Below are positions 12,794 through 24,500 of a DNA stretch of 64,000 bases, one piece after another. Location of the stretch: contig OZ038378.1 of NCBI GenBank assembly GCA_964036045.1, positions 26,846,001-26,910,000 on the forward strand, given 5' to 3'. Origin of the DNA: Eutreptiella sp. 'Long Island Sound 2002'. Taxonomy: Eukaryota; Protista; Euglenida. A program made the translations under genes and the position numbers. The notes under the pieces are model-generated. The model made no database searches. It was given only the letters and a program-made list of their open reading frames with translations, and had not been told where the DNA came from. The first letter of the stretch is position 1, and each line of letters begins with the position of its first letter.

Positions 12794-13009
12794 TCAGGAC
12801 GATCGTCCTGAAACATGGCTCAAAAACGGCTCATTTTCACCTCAAAATGGACCACCGTGTGGCACCACGGCATGGTACACGCCTTATTGAACACCCATTT
12901 GCCATCATTTCATAGCCCAATCGCCATGGAAGAACAACGGCCCTCATTGCAAACGCCCACTTGACACACTGGCGATCGTCCTGAGTTTTCAGGACAATCG
13001 TCCTGAAAA
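12794..13009. repeat. Cluster of the palindromic motif TCAGGACGATCGTCCTGA
   Basis: Perfect 18-bp palindrome at 12794-12811, a half copy at 12973-12984 and a near-perfect 24-bp palindrome at 12986-13009. Confidence 0.85.
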
Positions 13010-13398
13010 CAGCCCAAAAAAAGGCCATTTTTGGACACTAAATCGGCCGTAGAACGGGCTAGACGGCTCAAAACGCAACAAAACCTGTTTGCGGTGATGC
13101 GCCTTTGCTCCCCGGTCGTTTTGAGCTACTTGGATGCCGGTTTTGACCCACGGTGTGGTCGCAAGGACTTTTTACTCGCCTGCTGCTGCTGCTGCTTGCT
13201 GCTGCTGCTTGCTGTTGCTGCTAAAATGTGTTGCTCACCCTTGGCCCCTAAAAGGTGGTGTAAAACCTCGACAGGGTAAACCCACCTCGGTAATTAAAGA
13301 CAAATTAACAACCTTTCACGAGTGAAAGTAGCATGGATCCGTAATGTCCGATCATTGATTGCAGTATGCTATGGGTACCATCTTGGCCTTAGCCCCAG

Positions 13399-13554
13399 TG
13401 GATTTCACGGGCATTCCGTTTCGAAGTGGAAGAAGCCATTATTTTTGGAATGATCGAAGTTGGGCTTCGAGAAATGGATTGCAAGGGCATTCCGTTTCGA
13501 AGTGGAAGAAGCCATTGTTTTTGGGTTCATCGAAGTTGGGCTTCGAGAAATATC
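13399..13554 (+). repeat. Two-copy 76-bp tandem repeat with internal hairpin
   Basis: GGGCATTCCGTTTCGAAGTGGAAGAAGCCATT starts at 13409 and 13485. Each copy contains TCGAAG-TTGGG-CTTCGA. Confidence 0.93.
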
Positions 13555-14720
13555 TATGCATTCGATCCGTCCGTGAAGCCTCCTATCTTGATTGTATTTC
13601 GTGTTGTGGTCAAAACAGGATGATTCAAGGCATACTATTGATTGACGCAACAAACAGTAGGTGCACCATTGAACCTCTGGAGGTCTTTGGGTCTTTGCCA
13701 CTCACCCACTCACTAGTGTCGCTTAATGTCGCTTTATGCTCGTTCTCTCTCGGAGGATCAAATGTACTCTTGGTATGTTTCAATAACCAAATTGTAAGGC
13801 CTAACAGGTCCGACAAAAATGAAGGGTGGTGTGAAACTCTTACTTCCCGAGACCGAAGCCGTACCTCGTGAACGGCTTGTGCGCAAGTTACGTCCCCTTT
13901 TTCTCGAGTTATTCGCAAGGGGTCTTTTTTTGTCAACGGGGGGAGGGCCAACACCTATTGACAACAAGGTGCCAAGCCACGCGAGCCGGCCGCCGGTAGG
14001 TGGCTCGGTTTCGCGGTTTCCGGTGCTGGGGAACCTTCTTGACCCAGCGAGCCGCAACTAGCCATGGGCGGGGAGGGGGAGGGTGGGGCCAAAAGCACCA
14101 CCCAAGTGCCTAAGAAGGAAGCTACCGGACCGCACGCGGTGTCATCCCACCACTGTTGTAGGATTTGCCCGAGCGGGGGCCTCATCCGCTACAGAATGAA
14201 TGAAGGGTTTGAACAAGAGTCCTCGATACTAGTTTCTTGGGTACGGGGGTCCACATGGTCCGGGACATTAGCGACTCATCGGGAATAAGGAGGTGGTCGG
14301 AGGAAGGGCAGCCTCGATGGCGTTTATGTGCGTTGTTCGATGTGGTGGGTCCCACCCGTGTTGGTGGTGTGCACGTTGATTTGACCATTGTCTAGACCCA
14401 CAAGTTGTGATTGTGCATGGCATCCCCTGTGTGCGAGCTTTGCCTATCGCTTGGCTTGAGATCCATTGCCCGCTGCTTGCGATTGAGTGCTGGTGTGTTC
14501 CCATTCACTCCCCATTGCCAATCTTTGAAGTCCCATCATGCCTCTAATCTGGAACGTCTCTTCACCCTCCGCAAATCCGGGGATTTCCGCTGAATGTGGG
14601 AACAACCCCCAATGTTCGTAGGGTGTTGTTCCACGATGGTTTCATGTAGGTTGGCCTTGTTTGGGGTTCCGTGTTTGAAGCCGGCTGGCCACACACCGGC
14701 GTACCGGACATGAAGAACAA

Positions 14721-15539
14721 ATGAATGGTGCAAATCACGACGGCGAAGATGTAGGTGTTGTCACGGGCAATCCATCCATGGTGCAATTGCGTTGGACTGC
14801 GCTCGGCTACGCTTTCCAGTCTTACGCCGAGGAAGAGCAGGCGAAGCTCAGCCCTGAGAACGTCCTGGGTCTCCTGCGGCATATGGGGATTGAGGCCAGT
14901 CTCACTGATGCTCAGGAGTTACTCAGCCACTTGGGCAAGGGCGCTGGACATCTCAGTCCACATCGAGAACGTGACGCAGGTTTTTCACCCCAGCCACCCC
15001 CGCGACTTTGTGGCGTTGGTGGTGGTGTGTGCGGGAGCCGTCCTGCAACCACAGGGCCTCGGCGACCGAGTCGGGACGCGGTCCTACCTGCTCAACACGT
15101 CCGAGAGCCCCTGAGCCCCAAGGCTGCCTGTCCATGTGTGCCATCGTCGCCAGTAAAGTGGCATAGGACGTTTGAAATGAGCCCCCGATCAGGGGGTGGA
15201 GCACTAGGAGGGGCAGGGGGGGATACCATGGCAGGGGCAGAGGCACGGGCACGAGCAGGGGCAATATCAGAAGCAGCAGGGGCGGCAGGGCTAGCAGGGG
15301 CAGGAGCAGGGGCAGACATCAGTTCCGATGACCACAACGGAGATCAAAGCCCGAGCCTGCACTGCAGTCCGAATGAGGGCAAGTCGGACGTCATCTGCTC
15401 CGACGATGACGTGGTGCAGATTTTCCGACTCGGGTGGTCAATGCACGAGCGGTTCGAAACCTTCGAGGAGGCGCTGGTGGCGCTGGACCTCGACGGCGAC
15501 AAGAAAGTGTCCTGCAAGGAGATCATGACGGTGCTGGAG
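14721..15539 (+). CDS. Cyclase gene exon 1: degenerate EF-like helices, low-complexity A/G linker, canonical EF-hand
   Basis: FEEALVALDLDGDKKVSCKEIMTVLE has an EF loop with D-x-D-x-D-x-K-x-S-x-x-E. Donor GAG|GTATGA at 15539/15540. The ATG could be 14721 or 14778. Confidence 0.75.
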
Positions 15540-18500
15540 GTATGACCGAGTCCATGGGGCGGTAGGAGCCAGTGGCTGTTTGTGCATGTTGCACAGGCCC
15601 TGAACGCCACCAGATCGGCAATGCAGCGCCTGAGACACATCACGACATGCTGCAAGCCTTGTATTCGTGTGAATGCAGTGCATAACGGTCGGGCAACAAC
15701 ACGTCATATGTGCTGGCGACACTCATATTGCAGTAGACTGTACACCGTTGAGAGACCCTCCGTCAGCGTAGCACACACACACTCCTGCCCTCTGACCATG
15801 GGTGTACTGCACACTGCGCTGTTGTGGGTGCGCCATTCATGTAAGGGGGGGTTGGCAGGGGGGGGGCAGGCTTCTGGCCCGGCCCCAACCCGCCGATGGT
15901 CTCGGGAGATGTGGGTGGGTGGTCGGGGCGTTTTCTGTTGGTGGTTGTACGCATTGTCAAAAAAAAGACATGTAATTGAGACAAGGCTGGGTTGGCATAG
16001 CTGTGTAGCACACAGCGGAGGCGTCTTGAGCGTTTGCACAAGTTGGTAGTCCGATTTGCTTCGTCTCGTTTCTTCGGAGAATATTGGAATCGGGTTTCCA
16101 AAGGTCCATTCATGGGCCACGCTCTACGATTTCACTCAATATGGGAGGTGAACCTCCAGTTGCCCATTCACCATAACAAAGGTTGGATGAATTTCCAGTC
16201 AAACACGGTATGCAACAGTACAGAACTTTGCAGAAACGTTGCCCACAAGAAAAGCCGGTAGCCCCCGAAGCCACACCACCGAATGTACAGTAACTGCGAT
16301 CTGAGATGTGCGATATTGGGAAAAGCTACGATCCCCTTAGTAAGGTCCGCCCGCGCATCTTGGATACAGAGCAATCGTGCAGCTTGTTAAGCCTGTGCGA
16401 TTTAGGTAGATTATGCCACGGTTGTTTAGCTGTGATTGGGATTGTGTAGATCAAGATACAATGGGATGCTATGTATCACACAAGCATGGTCTGATGAGAG
16501 TAGGGCGGGGGGTTAACTATACAACCCTGCTCCGATGAACCAGCGAAACAGCAATGGCACAGCACAGCAGTCTGCCCTCAAGGCGCCTTCTTAGCAGCCT
16601 GCTTGTCTTGGTGCGGCCAGCAATTTCTTTTCCAAACTGGACGCTTTCCCTCACAGTCTGGACACATAGCCCTTTACCTCCTCGATCTCCTCCTTCGCCA
16701 TTGGCTCAACAGGCCTCGAAGCTCACGACGGAGGAGCGGATGTCTACGTTCGGCAGCTTCTTCAACCGACGGCGAAACTTGTCCGAATCGTTCGTCAGCG
16801 CTCTGGCCATGCGCTGCGTCGAGGAATGCTCGTCGGGGAAAGTGGAGTTCCATCCGTGGGCGGGGGAGGCCGCTCTGCTGTTCATCGACCTGAGCGGCTA
16901 CTCCGCCATTACGGCCGCGTTCCAGGACAAGAACGCCTGGTTGCTGTCGACTGTGGTCAACTCGTATCTGGAAAAGATCATCCGAATCGTCCAGCGGTTT
17001 CACGGGTACCGATACCCCTTTCCCCTCCTCCCAACTGCAACCCCCGAACTTCACTGTTGGCCAAATCGTCATGTGAAGCCTGTCGGCAGGGGAGTGTACT
17101 ATGTGGGGGGTAGAAGGCTACGTACATGAAACACGCGGTGCAAAATATTTTTCTCCAACCTCCTTCCCCCGGTATGTACGTCATCGCTTCCCCTGCAAAG
17201 CCATTGCGTTTGTCACTGGATGTTTTGGCCGGTTTTTGATTTCGCTTTTCTGGCACGGCCTTCTATTGTGATGATGTACCATTTTGCATAACATTGTACA
17301 TTATCATAATTGTGATGTTATTTAATTGCATGTTATTATAATATACCCCCCTCCCCCTACCTTCCCCCACCCCCTTTTCTTGGGATGACCACTTTGAGTT
17401 TGTGGGAGAGTCGCGTCATGGACCGAGGAGCCCCCCCCCCCCCCAACACACACACCTGTCCTACACATCTATTCCCCCTGCCCTACAGCCCTGCCCCTGC
17501 CCACAGTGACGTCATCAGCTTCGCCGGTGACGCCATAGTTGCGGTCTGGGCCATCAATCGGGACCTGCCACTGAGCTGCGCCCTGGCTGCCTCATGTGCC
17601 GTCCAGCTGCAGAAGGACTGCGGTCTGCACAAGATCAAGGACCGCCCTGACCTGGCGTTTCGCATCCATATCGGGCTCGTGTGCGGCACGCTGGAGAGTG
17701 AAATCCTGTACGTGAGCCAGGCCAAGAACATGCAGACCGCTTTCCATTATGTAAGCGGGGCCCCCCTGCGGGAGGTGGCCGCGTGCATTAACACCGCGAA
17801 GCCCGGCGAAATCTGCCTGACAGAGGCCGTGAGGGACATGTTGGGAGGCATCGTCACCGTCGTCCCCACAGGGACTGGGGGGGTGTACGGCCTCCAGGCG
17901 CTCAGAGAGCCCTGCAGCCAGTTCTCCCCCGTTGGCACACGGCGGCACAGCACGCGGAGGCAATGCCTGGCCAAGCTGTTTGTGCCCCCCTCCATCCTGC
18001 ACCGCTTCTACAACCACAACGATCTATCGCAGGTGTGGCCAGGACGCTGGCGAACGTGAGACTGTACCCAGATCCGTGGCGTTGGCGGAGTCCCCAGGCA
18101 CACCGACCAAGGGGGAACGGCTTCTGGCCCAGGGCTGCAGTCAGAAACAAGCGGCAGAAGGAAACGTAGGGCCATTCCGAGCAGGGGCATTGATACTTCA
18201 CTTGCAGCCACCGAACTGCACCACCCCTCCATATGTCAGTGTCTTGGGAAACACTTCGTTTGAAGCATGTGGACGCGGGCATGGCAGGGACGCCAGGGAT
18301 CAGCACCTGTGAGCAGAGGACTCTCACGTAGGAGGGGCTGCGGTCTGGGATCCACAATTTCGTGCATCAGGAGTGGCCCATTTGTCCTTTTTGGTGAGGG
18401 GCAGGGAGAGGGGTGGTCCAGAGGGCGCGGGGGGGGGGGGGGCACCGGCCACAGCGGCCGTCAGAAAGCCTTGACCCGATGCAGCACGCGAAGGGAGAAC

Positions 18501-21500
18501 GGGTAATTGTCCAGGGCCCCCGGGGGGGGGGGGGGGGCGAAGATCGGGGCAAAGCCCTGAGCTGTTGCTGCCCGGCGTCAATCGACTTCCCGCCACTCAC
18601 GCAGATCCATCCAACCGCTGTGCTGGCCCACCATTTCTGTTTCTCTGCAGTGGCGGGTCGTGGCACCAACACATTAAAAATCCACACGGCAACAGTGGTC
18701 AACGCGGAACACGCACTGGTTTGGGCGTTCAGGAGGAAATGGTCTGCATTGTTTGTCCACGGGCTGGGAAACCAGTTCTGGTACACACACACAACTCCCC
18801 CTTCAAACACAGGCCTGCACAGGGCGCTGCCCCCCACGGCCTTTCTCACAGAAGGTGCGTATTGAGATGGGCATGGACCAGCAGAACCGAGTCCCAGTGA
18901 CACTGGGGAAGTCAGATTTGCACTCGCCCTGAAAGGGCGGGGGGGGCTTGACGCACGCGGCGCAACTGTTCGGGCAATTGGGGGATGTGCTTCGCATCTT
19001 TTGTGTTTGATGCTCCTTCTTGTGTTGTTGAGGGAGGGAAATAATCCGGTGATTCCCGGGATGAACACTTCAGGACAAGTGCGCCTGGCACAGGAACTCC
19101 CCCAAGAGGCGATGAGGGGATCACAAAGCCCCCCAAAACTGAATGAGGGGAGGGCCCGGGCCCCCGGGCTCGTTGCCATTGATCAATCCGACGTGAAATC
19201 CGGTGTGAAAGGCGCCGAACATCTTGTTGTCACGCCAAAAAGGGGTCGACGCATTTTCACTGAACAAGGCAGATGATGATTTGTGCTGATTCCAACACTG
19301 TTGCCATTGATCAATCCGACGTGAAATCCGGTGTGAAAGGCGCCGAACATCTTGTTGTCACGCCAAAAAGGGGTCGACGCATTTTCACTGAACAAGGCAG
19401 ATGATGATTTGTGCTGATTCCAACACTGACACCATTCTTCATGTTTTTCGATTGTTGGGGCTGAGAGGATTTCCGCCGGCAGGAGTTCCTGATCTTCTTT
19501 GGGGGTCCTGCCCATTGAGCACCATTGTGAAACGACTTCTGATGAGGTAGCGTCCATCAGATTCTAACGTCACCAGGGCCGTCTGAACATGTAATATGTA
19601 ACCGCTCACAAACGGTCTGTGCAGAGCCTGGCGGTTGGAGTAACTGATGGCGGTTGAAGGCGGTTGGAGAGTAACAATGTCCCATACAACCGTCGCAGGT
19701 TGCGCAACGGCGTTGGCTGGAGGTGCTATTCATTGCCAAAGATAGTGCCATTTCCGTTGCTGACTGGTTCGAAGAGGTCCAACAACTCCTGGATGACCAC
19801 AATTGTCCAGTCGTGCAGGTAACTTCCGCCATTTATAGCTCACCCTCTTCATGAGGCATTGATGTGTCCCGCACGCTTCGTCAACTGTACTTCGACCTTG
19901 CCCACCACAACAGGAGCTCATGCACTCACCACAACAGGGCCCTTACCCAACTGATGCTGCGCACCATGACCCACACCGAAGAAATCACGTGACTCTCCCT
20001 CAGGCAGGGCATTACAACGTACCGCTCAGTCAGCCCCATGGCGGCTTGGGTCCACCTGCAGCTCTGGGAGCCCAGTGCTGGACCAATGGGCAGTGGCCAT
20101 AACCAACCCGTCCATGCGCTAGGCGAATTTGATGAACACAGCCCCCAGGTGCTCAAAAAAGTCGATGTGGGTGTGGACGGCTCATGTGCAGGTGCACACC
20201 ACGCTCCTCAAAGCCCGGCCGTGACCTCAGGGCACATGGTGTAGGCCCTCCAGGAACTGCAGCTCCAACAGCAGGTGGAGAGGCAAGGGGTGCCCGGGGT
20301 GCACATGGGCAATCAGGTCTGCATCGGGGGCGGCCCCTGCACCGCAACCAACCCCCGCTACAGGGTTTTGTGGTTTAAGGCTTAGCTCAGGAGTAGGTTC
20401 AGGGCCCGTCCATCTACCAGTTCCCATTGGTATTACATCCCGCCCCTTGCCTTTCGGTAACAGCACCTTGGCACACGCAGCCACACACAGCCATACACAG
20501 CCACATACAGCTGCAGCCTACTGGACATCCATGTGCAGGTGGAGCCGCCCTGCATACGTACCTGCGAGTGGCCACGTTGTGACAGCTCCAGGCCGGTGGC
20601 ACAGAGGGCCCTGCCATGGTTTGGCACTGAGCACCGCCGGAGGACCAATATTGGGGTTGGGTGTCCCGGGCAGAGCACACGGTGCTGACCATCACACCCA
20701 CCAAGCCGCCAAAGCTGTGGATAGAGCTCAAGGAGGTAGCGGTGGCACTCTTCAGGTACCCAGCCCGGTGCCTGACGCACAAGTGCCCCGGGCACCTAGA
20801 CAAGGGGCCCATATACATGGCCCTCCATGCCCTGAAGGCGCTGCTGTCGGAGCTACGCCTGGCCCTGGACATGCACCTAGTAGGACCATTTTGGGGACAA
20901 CGCATAACTGCACACCCATGGGTCCCCCACAGCAGCGCCCAGTACCTACAGCCCTTGACGGAGCAAGGCACATGCTTCTATGAATGGCCGCCATTGGTGA
21001 CCATCCGTGGGGCCATTGTGGCGACTGACGCCGGCGCCATCCCGGCGAGGATGGTCGTGGTGCTAGCATACGAGAGCGCACCAGGGGTGTACAATCCTAA
21101 GGTGGCCTCCGAAGTAGCGACCTCCCAAGAGGGGGAGGCCATGACCCTGCTACCTTGTGTCCGTCAGGTGGCGCAATAGGAGGGTGTCTACTGGGTAGTG
21201 CACAACTTTGAGTCCACCGTGGGCACCCTACATACCTACTAGGAGGGCGGGCACTGCGGGGATGGCAAACATCACCAGTATGCGCATAGCATGGGAGCGG
21301 ACCGCCTCACCCCTGTAACGCGTGGTGCTCGCCACGGGCCGCTGTAAACATCGTAGTCACACCCTTGCACTGGATAACAGCCGGATTGGCTCACTAGTGG
21401 CAGCCCACTGGATGCGCAACCTCCCATTGCGACACCGTCTATGCGGGTGGCGTATATGGGGCTCACGGGACCGCACAACATGGGAATGGAGTTCATTTGG

Positions 21501-24500
21501 TGGGTACTAGCGGAGTCGCACAAGTATGGTTGGCCCACGCCATGGCTCGAGATGTCCTCATTAAGGCCCATGCGGGTCCAAGAGGCACGATGGCGAGGCA
21601 CACTGCGAGACCTCTAGCTGCACCACCAAGCATAATGGCAGGGCGTCCCCCGGGTAGCCGGAAATTGAGACGGGCTCCATCACGGGGACCTAGCCCCGCG
21701 GTCCTAGGTGCGGAACACACTACACACAGCTTACGATTAGACACACAGCCCTCCCAACTTTCCTTTTCCCGTGTGCAAGACCATCCCGGTCATTGCCATT
21801 TGGTAGCAGCACCTTCGGCACACACAACTACACACAGCCACACAAAGCCACATAGGACCAAATAGGGTCACATGGAGCCACATGCCCCGTTTTGAGAAGG
21901 TGAATTTTGCATCACATGCGGTTGAACTAGTACAACGGCAATTTCATCCGTGGCTTGTCGTTTTGCGCACCACAACTTGTTGCAGTGCACTTGCTCTGGG
22001 CTGATTTTTGGTTGTGGAGCTAGCCTTGCAAGTTGATCTGGGCCAACTAGCAGTGGATATTTTTTTTGTACGTGTGGAGTACAAAAGAGTACAACACTTT
22101 GTTTGAGCTAAGTGGGGGCTACCTCTGCCGGGACCACTGCCTGTTGGCCCCGTCCGCTCTGCAAGAAGGGCTTCACAAACAGGCGGCCATCCCCGCTAGG
22201 GTGCAGTATGAGCACTACTGGGCAACCTACTATGAGCCAGCCCCGGGCCTGCTGCTAGGTTGTTGGCCATGTTAGGTGGATCGTTGCCGGGCTGGGAGGG
22301 CGTGTGCCCATATAGCTGGCTCCATGCGGGCCATAGGGTGCTACAGCCCCACCCCCCCTCTCCGGCTTGTGTGCAGCCTTGAAGGTCCACAAGCTTTCCA
22401 CCATTCCTCATCCCCCTCCCTCAAACTGGCAGGTTTGTGTAGGCCAAGAAGTCGGGCACAACCATCCACGCCATCCGGAGCCCCCCATCCACCCGCTCCG
22501 CCCAGCCTCACCAACTTGCACACGCGCAACAACAACAACAACAAGAAGCAACAAGAAACCTAGTGAGGATTGTAGGAGGCGGGAAACCAAACACCTAGAC
22601 ATCTCTAGAATGGGAATTGAGCCCGTGAATGTCAAGGACAAAAATACCCCATTTGGGAAGTGAGGACGGGTTCCTCCCGAGAGGACAGAACTCCCATGTT
22701 CGGCAACTGGGGAGGGGGATTCTCTTAAGAGGACACAAATACCCCGTGTGGGAAGCGGCCCTTAGTTCCCCATCTATGAAAGATGACGACCGCTTGTGAA
22801 CCCCCTTTGGACCCCCCTTGTCCGTTCCTTGGAAGGGGTATTTTTGTTCCCAAAGAGGACCCCGCTCCGGGATTCCAGGCTGGGGAGAAATGTTCCCTAC
22901 AACAAACCTCCTATCCTGTTCTTGAATGGGGGATTTCTACCATCAACGGTATCGGGAATTGAACCCGGGTTGCCAAAATGACAACGACAACTGTCGAGAG
23001 AGCCCCCCCTCCCCAATTCCCAAATTGGGGATAGCTGCCCTCGAGGACAAAAATCCCTCATTGCTTTGTCCCAAAGGACAATTTCCCATCAATCAAGAAC
23101 TGGCGTCCCACGAGGACCACTGCTCATCCCCCGGTATTGGCGTGAACATTCAGCCCAAGCCCGTAGCCCACTAGCTTACGACACTACACCGCGGCCCACA
23201 ATACACACCTCTCATGTGGCTTAGAGCCCCCCCACCGCTAGACTACCAGGCATGGCCCTGTCCTCTGGCTGCCCAATTGCCATGCAATACACCCCACTAC
23301 CAGAGCCATGGGTCACACTAGTGTAGGAGGTAGTGGCCCCAGCAAAGGTTGTATGGCTGCCGAAATGCTCCCACGGGTGGATGTGTAGGGCAAGGGTACA
23401 CTTTGCCGGTACACGACATGCTGTGTTGGAGGCCATATAGAGGGGGGCACGGTGTGGGTGTCCCAAGCATTAGTAGGTGAGACCGCACCCAGTAGTTAAC
23501 CCCATGTTATCTCAGCAGTATTCTTGTCTTGGCCGGGGCGGCAGAACAAGACCATGTGGGGTTGGGGGTTCCAGAACACCGTGGAGTGCCTTCGTCGCAC
23601 ATTCCCACCACCAAAGCAAATCACCTTCTTGCACCATGTATGTGCTTGCGAGCACCAGAGTGTGACCAGCCCTAAGCTCAAGACACCAAGAGCGGTGGCG
23701 CTGTACTGGCCTCCCCACGTGGTTGTTTCTCTGCTCCCATTGAAGCCGCCGGGTCTTCACCTCCCACTTTGTGCTTGCTTGCTTGCTTGCATGTATGTGG
23801 GTCATGCTCAGTGGGTTTTCTTTTCTTCTTTGCCAGTGCAATGGATGTGCATATAATGTTTGTGCATCACATATGCGAAGTATCTTTGATTGCACGATGT
23901 GATGGATTGTTGAACCCTTTTCCACAATTTCGTTTCACATTTGACAAGTGTCACAGGCTCGGCTCTGCGGGTCCCATGAGCAACCTCACATAGCAATAAA
24001 GGCAGACAGGGATTGACACATTGATAACATTCTTTAATAAATCAATACCTCAACTACCCATTGGGCTGTTGGGTCCGTGTACCGTTTGGCGAAAGTAGGG
24101 GTGGTGCAGAGGGTGTTGACATTTCCGTGGCCTAGGGAGGCTTGGCACGCACGTGGCCGCCGTCTGCATGTGTGTGTGGTTGGTCAAATATACTGGACAT
24201 ATGTGACACACATGCAGGTATATGCATATTTGTTCAATGACAACCATAGTTCACAGAAATATATTGGCAATAGGATTACAATTCACCTTCATGTCACATT
24301 TGGCAAGTGTCACCCGCTCATCCCTCACAAGCATAAAGTCTTGCACGTCATCAAGGGCAGTGAGGGCTTTCCACATTGACAAGAGATTGCGGGGGCTAGC
24401 GTGTGATGAAAACTAAGGAATGAACCCGAGCTTTTCAACCATCATTGTTTTGACGACCTTTGATTCAATTTGTGGTGTGTTGAGGACTGAAATCCTCCAT

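Noticed and set aside
14926-14940. 13-nt non-canonical mini-intron (CCACTTGGGCAAG) explaining the exon 1 frame change
   Set aside because: Too short for known introns. A single extra G explains the shift, and a second compensating shift is needed anyway.
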